A stretch of 64,000 bases of DNA from Lama guanicoe (Eukaryota): assembly GCA_013239625.1 (NCBI GenBank), contig MU056029.1, positions 1,054,001-1,118,000 of the forward strand, given 5' to 3'. Each line of letters starts with the position of its first letter. Position 1 is the first letter of the stretch. The translations under genes and the position numbers were made by a program. The notes under the pieces are model-generated. The model was not told the origin of the DNA. It did no database searches and saw only the letters and a program-made list of their open reading frames with translations. Of this stretch, positions 52,060 through 62,636 are shown in pieces.

Positions 52060-52571
52060 TATAACAGAAAAGAACAAATCTGACCCCATATTAGATCTGT
52101 TCCTTTGGCTTTAACCCTGTGCCCTGTTTCCTAGGCTCAGTCTTGCTGGTTCTGTACCTTTGGTAAAGGAATGTTGCCTTTAGCCTGAAATAGACAGGAG
52201 AGCCTGTTCTCAAGGCTCTGACCTTTAAGGGTATTAACACTTTTGCCCTCCTATAAAGATAACAAGTTGCAGAATAGAAAATCATGTTTGTTGTGTTAGA
52301 GGTTTTACAGGAGCACCATGACCTGACCCACATGGGCAGCTGCAAGAACAGAATTCTTACACCAAGAAGTTTGCAACAAACAACCACACCCCCCCCCTTT
52401 TCAGTATAAAAGCCTGAATACTGTCTTGAGTAGGACGGTTCTCCAATACACTAGTCTGCCATCCTCTTGGTCTGCCAGCTTTCTGAATAGTCGCTATTCC
52501 TTGCTCCAACACCTCATCTCCCAATTTATTGGCCTGTTGTGCAGCAAGCAGATCGAGTTTGGACTTGAACA
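52060..52571 (+). mobile_element. ERV1-class solo LTR, family X copy 4
   Basis: Colinear with copy 1; the 5' TG has mutated to TA. Flanks CTCC / GGAC do not form a TSD. Confidence 0.9.
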
Positions 52572-53539
52572 GGACCACAAGAGGAGACCACAGAGAGTCA
52601 TGGGGTGGGGCACAGAGAAAGGGCTCTGTGGCTGGAGGTGAACCGGCCTTGGGGGCATGAGTGGGGAACAGTCCCAGACGACTCTGGCTGGGAGACGGGA
52701 GGTGCTCAGTCCCAGAGAGCAGCCGAGGGAAGGTTGCAGCGCTGAGAGCAGGAGCAGGGCTTGCTTGGGTGAAGGCATGTTTGCAGAGGAAGGGCAGTGA
52801 AGCCGTGAGGACACCCATGGGGACTCCCTCCCAAAAACCTTTTCATTACTCTTCCTGATGTGAGACGCAAGGTCATCCCCAGAATAAGGTTCTGTGTGGC
52901 AGAGGGGAGGATGGAAGAAGGGAGCAAGTGGCTGTGGATCAGCAGTGAGACATGGTCTGGCCCGCAGTGCCACGAACAGGCTCTGACTGAGGGTCTGTAG
53001 GGTGTGTGGGTGGATACCTGAGGGGAGCATCAAAACGGGTCTCCAAGAGAGGGCTTCACGTGGTGGCCGCTTCAGGGAAGAACTAACCTTGGGCAGGGGC
53101 AGGGGTGCAGGAGCTCCAGGAAAAGTCACGTCCCCGCCCCCTGCAGTTTCCATCAGGTGGTGGGCGGGGCTGAGGGCGCTCTGATGGGACCCTGGTGACA
53201 GGCGCTCCTGTGCAAGTGCGCCTTCATCAATCTCTCACCGGATGTGTCCACCTTACCCTCTTCCCTGCAGGCATGCTGTGCCTCAGGAAAAAAAAAAATC
53301 AAGTGAATTGGCCAAAAACAGGACAGAAGCACAGCAGAAAGGTCCAGGCGTCTGCTGATGACAGGCCTGAAGTGCCCTGCAAGGCTGGCTCGCTGGGGAG
53401 GCTGGGGGAGCACCGCAGACAGAAGGAAATCCTGACACAGGCCAGCAATGCAAACCGTGGCAGCTGTGCCCTTCCCTGCAACACGTGGGAACGCCGTCCA
53501 GGGAGCTGCTGGCAACATCCTGATGCATGATCCTGGGGA

Positions 53540-53672
53540 GCTTGTGGAACTCCTCAGCCTCAGTTTCTTCACACACAGAACAGGCTTCAGAACAGACCTG
53601 CCTATCATCCTGAAGACTCTCATTGTGATTAAATGAGATGATACTTGCAAACTGCTGAGTCCAGTGTGTGAA
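53540..53672 (+). mobile_element. MIR fragment
   Basis: 'cctcagcctcagtttcttcac','ttgtgattaaatgagatgatacttgcaaactgctgag' match the MIR core. Confidence 0.6.
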
Positions 53673-54219
53673 ATACAATAATCCCCCAACAGCTCTCGAT
53701 GGCTGCTGTCAGCACTTTTGTTAGTACAGACAACGTGGTAAGCGGTAAAGTCACTCGAGACGGTCGCTGGTGCACAGAAGTTCAACAAACATTTGTCCAG
53801 GACAAATCTGAACCCGTGGCGAACACACCAGGAACAGAGAAAGGGAACCATCACTTGCCTCAAGGGGAGATAAAACACATCCCAAAAAAGCAGCATGTGA
53901 AAAGTTACGAAGCCACACAGCCGTCAGGTATGAAAAACAGAGTCCTGGTTAAATTTAGATGCGCTGACAGTGTGCAGACAGGACAGCAAAAAGCTGGTGG
54001 AGGGCTGACGGGGGAGTCTGTAGGAGACTAGGTGTGAGTGACCTGAAAGATGAGGGGGATGTGGCCTGGGGAGAGGCCATCACTCTCTCGGACCAGCACT
54101 GAGGGACGTAGGCAGGACAGAATGCAGGAGACCTGAGCTGGTTAATAAACAGACAGGAGGTCAGAAAGGTCTGAAGAAGGACAGATAAAAACTGTCTGAA
54201 GCCACCACTGCTGGGCTGC

Positions 54220-54648
54220 TGAGGGGACGCAGAAAAACCAACCCCACAATATGCCACTTCGGCAGGTGGATTATTTTGAGCTGAAGTCAGGAAACGCTTT
54301 TAACCTCCCCTTTAAACTGCCTGGAAGAGCTGAAAAGGGGTCTGTACCAGGAAGAGGGCTACCTCCAGAGACAGCTTTTTCCTCTGAGAGACTTAACTGC
54401 ATGGCAGGGCAAACTCTGTCCACCAAATATCTGTCCATCTCGTCTTCCCGTGAAGCCCAGAGCCCATCCGTTTCCTTGGCTCAGGAGGCAGAGAAGCCTC
54501 CACTGGCTGACTGCTTTCAAGTCTCTTATCTTTGTGGGAATTCTGTACATAGGAAATTAAATGTTTTTCTCCTGTTAAGCTGTGTTACATCAATTTAATT
54601 ATTAGACCAGCCACAAAACTTAGAAGGGAAAATTTTCCATCCTCTACA
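54220..54648 (+). mobile_element. MER34-like ERV1 solo LTR
   Basis: TG...CA termini, 4-bp TSD CTGC (54216-19 / 54649-52), 'accccacaatatgccact..ggattattttgagctgaag' and terminal 'aattttccatcctctaca'. Confidence 0.85.
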
Positions 54649-55876
54649 CTGCAAAGTCAAATTTGAGTGTGGAAGGTCCTTAGAAGCCTCTCAAAGAACC
54701 AAGCAGAGAACAGGGCGACAGATAAGGACAGTCAGAGAGGATCCTCCTGCATTTGTGTGTGGGATGCGCTGCCTCGCAGAAGACAGAGGCAAGAAAACCC
54801 ACATAGTGCAGTAAGACTCTCACAGAGATGCCACGTTATGACAATAACTCATGAATGTGCCAAGTGTGGAGCCAGGAGGCTATGACTTACCACTGGTAAT
54901 TACACTGAACAAATGGTGAAACAGTCACCATTTGTAAACTCAGTTCTCCTGCCAATCCTGAGCATGCAGACCATGTATGCTGTTGACAGTGAGACTCTAG
55001 AGGATGTTGCTAATGTACATGGGTTGGTATGTTGGTCCTGGAATCATGTGTAACATACAGACAGTGAGTGGATTACTCTGAATGTCTCCAAAGCCTGAAT
55101 CTCATCTGTTGCCTTGTATGCAAAGTGGATGTCTTTGTCAGTAAACTACGAAAAAATGTCCGTGGCCTGGCATACCAGCGTGCTTTACTGCCAATCATTT
55201 ATAATCTATAGAACGTGACCTTGACGGTCCAGAGATTGCTCTAAATGCCCAAACTTGCTACACCGTCCAGACACAAAAAGCAAAATCCACAGGGAGCAAG
55301 CCATGGTAAGAATACAAACCAAACCACGGTGAAAGTAGGGGCTGGTTTTCGAGTACAATGGGAAACTGAGCTTTGCAGGAATTCCCCACACCTCCTACCG
55401 CAAATCCAGCCAACCCGTGCTACAAGAAAGCCAATAGATACCCTTATTCTCAGAAGGAAACAGAAAAGTCATCGTAGAAACAGAAGCTGTGACTGATTTT
55501 CCTCCCAGGCCCGCAGGGGATTGGAACTGCAGAATAGCTTTCAGCAACTAAATGCCACAAGCTGACCCTCTTCCCCTGAATGGGGGTGTTAATGCCAGTT
55601 GGACTGGAGGTGGATACTGCCCCGAGGAAGAAAAAGCAGGTAAAAGGATGCTCATGATCCGTGATCCTATTTACAGACGCAGCCACACGCTCCTAGAGCC
55701 CCTACCCAGCCGTCGGCACCATGGCACTCCCAGGCCCCTCCTTCCACTTCCCGTGAACCCACCTCCCGGGTGTGGCACATGGTCCCTCCCGTGCGCCGCC
55801 CCCATGTACCATGTGGGGCCAACTGGTGTCCTTCGAAGTCCAACCACCCCCATTCCTGGGCTCTCAGATGTCTGCC

Positions 55877-56291
55877 TGTGATCCCTCAACAGATAAAGTG
55901 TAGTCCTTACTGGGCATGTTAGCCCTAACGAACTAACAATGGCCCTAGGTAATGACTCGTCTCCCAACAGCTCAGGCTCGCTTGCTTCAGCTCTCTTGAT
56001 CAGAGTCATAAACCCAAACCCCACTGTCCTTTCTCGGACCCTAAGACTCTTACCTCACCTACAACCAATCAGACGTGTGCACGCACACAGCCCCCAACCC
56101 ACTGTGTTCACCAACCCCTTACCCATAAAAGACCCCAACACCGACCCTCGGGGCTCACACGGGCACCTCTCATCTGTGGGGTCTGCTGCTGTCTACAGCA
56201 ATGTAACCTAGTGAACTCTTCCCATTCTCATCCTTTGCCTTTGGTAAATTCTTCTACCACTCATGGACCAGCCCACCTGAGTCCCCAAACA
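55877..56291 (+). mobile_element. ERV1-class solo LTR (family Y)
   Basis: TG...CA termini, 4-bp TSD TGCC (55873-76 / 56292-95), CCAAT at 56065 and CATAAAA at 56124. Confidence 0.75.
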
Positions 56292-59200
56292 TGCCATTCG
56301 GGCTCCCGGTGGCACAGACTCTCGCCTCCTCTCTAGTGGCTCATGGTCTTTGCGGGCGCGGCATGCAGCATAGAGCTGGGGTCGGGGGGTGGGGGCAGCA
56401 CAAATGCAGAACGGACCCGAGAGGGAGCCGAGGACCAACCCTGCTGGGTGCAGGCTATTCGAGGACACTACACCCCCACCAACAGGGATGGGGACCCTTC
56501 TAGGAACTCAGGTTGGCTCCCTCCACAAACTCCATGTACTTGCTTCCAATTTCACACTTCTAATCAGGTATGAGACCGTCATGTGAAAACCCATGGCGTG
56601 CGAATTCGAGCAGTGGTCGAGTATTATGAAAACTGTTCATATCAAATTTTTGTCACATTTCAATATGCTTCATTTTGCAACATCGGGATGTAAAAGCTAA
56701 ATTTAAACTACTCCAACCTTGAATGACTGACATTAGATAACGAATATTTACTTGCTTCCAAACACTGTTTTAAATTGCCTGAAGGAGTGAACGTATGATT
56801 CCCATACTGCATCTTATTACCCCATACTGACAGCTGTCTCCGTCGTGAAGTACGTCAGGTTATCCGTCTGGACACAGATAGTCTCAGGAAGGCGGGTCCT
56901 GATTACTAACTTCACAAACCAATTCAGGAAATGAGGATGGTCAGAATGAGAAGAGAAGCAGTTAAAAGCAAAATCCAACTCAACAGTTAATACCCTAACC
57001 AAAGTCAGCGACTCCCCAGCCCAGCGGCTCATCAGACTCTGCACTGTCTGTCCCCAGTGTCAGCTGCTCTGGTCATTACCTCCTGGCTATCAGATCACCA
57101 CTGCAATCACACACATGGCAGAATCTGGGGTCCTCATCATGTAATGGGAACACAGGGCGCTGTGACTCAGAGACCGGATGATGGTGAGCTGGCATTTATT
57201 TCACAGTATTGAGGCACCCAGAGAGAAATATTCTTTTAATCAGCAACTTTTCAATCTCTTTTCCCCTCCCCCGACCCTAAAGGTATCAGGGTTCCCTCAA
57301 ACCACAAATACTTTTTCTTAAGAATGAGAGTTCTCTGATTCATGAATTTTTATAGTATTTCTTCCTAACCCTTTTTACATACATACAGACAGCTAAGTAC
57401 ACAGTCCCAGAGAATCTCCCAGTTATTTCAAAAGGAAGAAAGATTCTTCAAAAATCAGAAACTGAAGCAGAAGCTGGGGAATAAAGACTGAAACATGAAA
57501 CCTATAAATTCAGAGTCAAGTCATGCTGGCGTTCCAAAGAATCTACTTGCTTTCTTTTATCATAAAGCGTTCAGAGAATGTCAATTTCATCACTGAGTCA
57601 AACGAAGCACTCAAAAGTGGGATTCAAACCAGATCCTGACGGGAAAAATTAAAAAAAAAAAAAAGCCAAAAGTTGAAATGTTGAATGGAGAGGGAACAGT
57701 TTGTTTTCAAGGGCTTGATTCTCCTTGCATCCATCAGGAAGTCTCCACCAGCACTCCTGCGGCCAAGTGGACGTGCGTGTGCTTGAGCAGCTGGACCCAA
57801 CAGGTGGGGCCAGAAATCCTAACCCTCTTGAAGGCTGGGTTTGAGGGTCCACACCCCATGTGTTCACAGCAACCCTTCTTGGGCTCCTCCATCTAATTAC
57901 TCAAGGCTCCTCACTGATTTTCCTGAGACATCAAGGAAAGCCAAACTGGCAGATGTCGGCTGGGCCCTTCACATCCCGGAGGGTTTTAAGGGAATGTCTC
58001 AGAATGAACGCTGCAGAAGCCTGGCACCCACAGCCGGAGTTCAATTAGCACTTCCTGCAGACTCACAGGGGAGCTTTCCAACTGCTTCGGGTAGATGTAA
58101 CCGGTGTCCAGGTTCTTGTCCCATCCCAGAAAGAATTCAGAGACAAGACGCGGAAGTTAAGAAAGTAAAGTGAGGATTTATTAAGGGACATCTAGATAGT
58201 ACACTCTTAAGTGGGCAGGAAAACCCCACTTCCTTTCTCGGACCCTAAGACTCTTACCTCACCTACAACCAATCAGACGTGTGCACGCACACAGCCCCCA
58301 ACCCACTGTGTTCACCAACCCCTTACCCATAAAAGACCCCAACACCGACCCTCGGGGCTCACACGGGCACCTCTCATCTGTGGGGTCTGCTGCTGTCTAC
58401 AGCAATGTAACCTAGTGAACTCTTCCCATTCTCATCCTTTGCCTTTGGTAAATTCTTCTACCACTCATGGACCAGCCCACCTGAGTCCCCAAACATGCCA
58501 TTCGGGCTCCTGGTGGCACAGACTCTCGCCTCCTCTCTAGTGGCTCATGGTCTTTGCGGGCGCGGCATGCAGCATAGAGCTGGGGTCGGGGGGTGGGGGC
58601 AGCACAAATGCAGAACGGACCCGAGAGGGAGCCGAGGACCAACCCTGCTGGGTGCAGGCTATTCGAGGACACTACACCCCCACCAACAGGGATGGGGACC
58701 CTTCTAGGAACTCAGGTTGGCTCCCTCCACAAACTCCATGTACTTGCTTCCAATTTCACACTTCTAATCAGGTATGAGACCGTCATGTGAAAACCCATGG
58801 CGTGCGAATTCGAGCAGTGGTCGAGTATTATGAAAACTGTTCATATCAAATTTTTGTCACATTTCAATATGCTTCATTTTGCAACATCGGGATGTAAAAG
58901 CTAAATTTAAACTACTCCAACCTTGAATGACTGACATTAGATAACGAATATTTACTTGCTTCCAAACACTGTTTTAAATTGCCTGAAGGAGTGAACGTAT
59001 GATTCCCATACTGCATCTTATTACCCCATACTGACAGCTGTCTCCGTCGTGAAGTACGTCAGGTTATCCGTCTGGACACAGATAGTCTCAGGAAGGCGGG
59101 TCCTGATTACTAACTTCACAAACCAATTCAGGAAATGAGGATGGTCAGAATGAGAAGAGAAGCAGTTAAAAGCAAAATCCAACTCAACAGTTAATACCCT

Positions 59201-60424
59201 AACCAAAGTCAGCGACTCCCCAGCCCAGCGGCTCATCAGACTCTGCACTGTCTGTCCCCAGTGTCAGCTGCTCTGGTCATTACCTCCTGGCTATCAGATC
59301 ACCACTGCAATCACACACATGGCAGAATCTGGGGTCCTCATCGTGTAATGGGAACACAGGGCGCTGTGACTCAGAGACCGGATGATGGTGAGCTGGCATT
59401 TATTTCACAGTATTGAGGCACCCAGAGAGAAATATTCTTTTAATCAGCAACTTTTCAATCTCTTTTCCCCTCCCCCGACCCTAAAGGTATCAGGGTTCCC
59501 TCAAACCACAAATACTTTTTCTTAAGAATGAGAGTTCTCTGATTCATGAATTTTTATAGTATTTCTTCCTAACCCTTTTTACATACATACAGACAGCTAA
59601 GTACACAGTCCCAGAGAATCTCCCAGTTATTTCAAAAGGAAGAAAGATTCTTCAAAAATCAGAAACTGAAACAGAAGCTGGGGAATAAAGACTGAAACAT
59701 GAAACCTATAAATTCAGAGTCAAGTCATGCTGGCGTTCCAAAGAATCTACTTGCTTTCTTTTATCATAAAGCGTTCAGAGAATGTCAATTTCATCACTGA
59801 GTCAAACGAAGCACTCAAAAGTGGGATTCAAACCAGATCCTGACGGGAAAAATTAAAAAAAAAAAAAAGCCAAAAGTTGAAATGTTGAATGGAGAGGGAA
59901 CAGTTTGTTTTCAAGGGCTTGATTCTCCCTGCATCCATCAGGAAGTCTCCACCAGCATTCCTGAGGCCAAGTGGACGTGCGTGTGCTTGAGCAGCTGGAC
60001 CCAACAGGTGGGGCGAGAAATCCTAACCCTCTTGAAGGCTGGGTTCGAGGGTCCACACCCCATGTGTTCACAGCAAACCCTTCTTGGGCTCCTCCATCTA
60101 ATTACTCAAGGCTCCTCACTGATTTTGCTGAGACATAAAGGAAAGCCAAACCGGCAGATGTCGGCTGGGCCCTTCACATCCCGGAGGGTTTTAAGGGAAT
60201 GTCTCAGAATGAACGCTGCAGAAGCCTGGCACCCACAGCCGGAGTTCAATTAGCACTTCCTGCAGACTCACAGGGGAGCTTTCCAACTGCTTCGGGTAGA
60301 TGTAACCGGTGTCCAGGTTCTTGTCCCATCCCAGAAAGAATTCAGAGACAAGACGCGGAAGTTAAGAAAGTAAAGTGAGGATTTATTAAGGGACATCTAG
60401 ATAGTACACTCTTAAGTGGGCAGG
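56016..60424 (+). repeat. Direct tandem duplication of about 2.2 kb (56016-58219 and 58221-60424)
   Basis: Sequence and ORF track repeat at offset 2204/2205. I counted 11 substitutions and two 1-bp indels by eye. Confidence 0.97.
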
Positions 60425-60939
60425 TTCAGGTGAGCAGCTGCCCTGAGTTTCTTTGGCAAGTTTGTTCCATAGAGTATAAAAATGAATGGGTGGAATACCC
60501 ATTGGGGAGGGAAGCGTTTGGGGTGTATTCCCCTGATTTCCACCCCAGCTCCAATTTCCTGAAGGGAGGAGGGATTTTTGTCCTTATTTAGCCTGGATCA
60601 GAAGTGTCACAGTGTCGGTGTATGATGGGTACTTCTGATCTGCAAGGCTAATTTTATTAAAATGAGGACCTAATGAGCAAAGTTTACATTCAGACACTGG
60701 AGATTCCTGCCTTTTCCCACTTTTTTTTTTTGGTCTCAGGCCACCTGTCACCCCAAACCCTGTGACCACTTAACAGCCCAGAGGTTCCTGCTTTTCCTTC
60801 TCTGCCCAGGGACCCCTGGTGCTTACATGATGTAGGGTTTCCTGCATTTGGCCTGTGCCCCTCCTTCCTGCCCAATCCCTGCCATTTGGCCTGCGTCCCC
60901 CTTTCTCGGCTCATGTCTAGCTACCTGCCTGCTCTGACA
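60301..60939 (-). mobile_element. ERV solo LTR (family Z); its 3'-terminal 124 bp is also at 58096-58219
   Basis: TG...CA termini and minus-strand AATAAA at 60387-60382. The minus-strand start is 'tgtcagagcaggcaggtagctagacatgagc'. Flanks TAGA / AAAC do not match. Confidence 0.75.
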
Positions 60940-61027
60940 AAACCACAGCTCTACCCCAAGCTGCCTCTACGCAGTATCACTCAGAAAAGAGGTCTGCATT
61001 CTTCAAATCGGAATGCAGTTATTTTCT

Positions 61028-61095
61028 ATTTTTTTTTTACATTTTTATTGATTCATAATCAGTTTACAGTGTTGTGTCAAATTCCAGTGTTTTCT
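61028..61095 (-). mobile_element. Very short L1 tail
   Basis: T-tract followed by 'tttattgattcataatcagtttacagtgttgtgtcaaattccagtgt'. Confidence 0.65.
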
Positions 61096-62636
61096 AATGA
61101 GGCCCCAGCGTATGCAGGCCCCAGACATCAAACCTTCCACACTCCTCCATCTAACCTCTTTTCCCTTGGCTCAGTTTGCCCCATTGAGGAAAGGAGTCCT
61201 CTCAACACGAGTAGCCGGCAGGCTTTCAACCACCCCGGACCTCACTGAAATGGGTTGTGGCGGGGGTGGGGGGGGAGGGGGCGACCGGGATCAGCTCTAA
61301 GAAAGCTGGGGGGCCGCAGATCCAGGCAACACCGTGGCGGCATCAGGGTGACTGACCAGACTCCTTGTTTATAACCAGAATTTGAGAACCCAGGACTGAA
61401 AGATTCCAAGGACTCCGTGGCCTCTGGCTGGTTCTCCTTCCAGGTCAGAGTCTTGGTGAAAAAGGCACTCATGGTAGAATATAAACTACAGGATGAGCTG
61501 TGACAATTTAAAGGGGCCTCGCACCTTCCTTTCTTAGTTGTGACTTGGGTTGCGGGAGAAAATTCTAAGGCAATTCATTCACTGAACTCTGACATTCAGC
61601 CCTCACATCTGACAGAACTTCAAGGTTGGCCACGTCTTTACACATCATCTTGGCAACACTTTCGATTTTACAGGCATGGAAACGAAAGCCCAAGGCAAAG
61701 TTACTGGTTCAGAAGCACAATGGCTAACTAGGAAGACAGTCGGAGGACTCGGGGTTTCTGCCTCTGTTCATTCAAATGTGGTTCGTGGAGCCAAAGGGCC
61801 TGCTTTTGGTACTTTTCCCCGGTGTGTCAGAACCGGCCGCGCCTGCACCCCCGGGCTCCCCACTCAGCCTGATCTTACTGCCTTTCTGCTCCCACTGCTT
61901 TGCCTCAGGGGACTACCAGCTTCACAGCATTTTAGATTTTTAGCATTCAATTCCCTGGAAGGTGACTTTATTTTAATAATAATACAAAAGCTCTCCCCTA
62001 AGACTTAGCAAGTGACTTCCAAAATGTCACTCAAAAAAGGGCCCTTGTACTTCCATTGAGAACATTCCAAGTTCTGCCCAAGATAAGCACAGTACTAAGG
62101 GGAGGAAGGAGTCCAAGCAAGGGAAACTCACAGCAAACTGACGTGCAGAAGAAATCTGTCAAACTAGTATTATCATTAGCATCTTCGCAAGGTCGCGATA
62201 TAAAATTACGTGTGCTTTGAACAGCCTTATACACACTGTTTACCTTTTCCTATAATAAAATTATGTGACTCTTTGGAACGCTGTATCCTGCTTTGCTATA
62301 GACATGCTCTGTAACTCCGCATCCTGGTAAGCACCAAGTATCTTGGAATACAATCCCTGCCGAGGGTAGCTGTTCTCACACTAAGAAATCCCACGTCTTG
62401 GCATTCCTCGGCTGTAATTTGGCAAAGAATGAGCTTCTCAGGTTTAACTTAAGCAAATAATTATCCCTACCCACGTGCAGGCACAAAGCTGAACACACAC
62501 GGGCGTGGAGGTGGCCAGCGCAGGCACAACCCCCGCCTCCAACGACAGCCACTGTTCCCGCGACCCTGGGGACTGAGGTTATCACTGCTGTCTCTTCCTG
62601 CCCATGTGGCAAACCAGTGCCCACGGTTCCTAAAGC

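Noticed and set aside
50517..52571. Inversion between inverted LTR copies 3 and 4 to explain the missing TSDs
   Set aside because: Swapped flanks do not give clean TSDs: ACCA versus GGAG fails, and the other side is only a partial match.
52357..53153. 153-aa and 219-aa minus-strand ORFs, and recurring 'MLQTSWCRN..' ORFs at 37, 50 and 63 kb
   Set aside because: They are translations of LTR DNA. They recur because the LTR recurs, not because of a protein family.
53153..53896. Longest ORF (247 aa, minus strand)
   Set aside because: No recognisable domain, runs through a MIR fossil, and has the composition of random translation.
56208..60253. Duplicated short ORF pairs as a tandem gene family
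   Set aside because: By-product of the 2.2-kb DNA duplication; the ORFs overlap LTRs and lack coding features.
61252..61290. G-quadruplex-capable G tracts
   Set aside because: Common motif with no supporting context.
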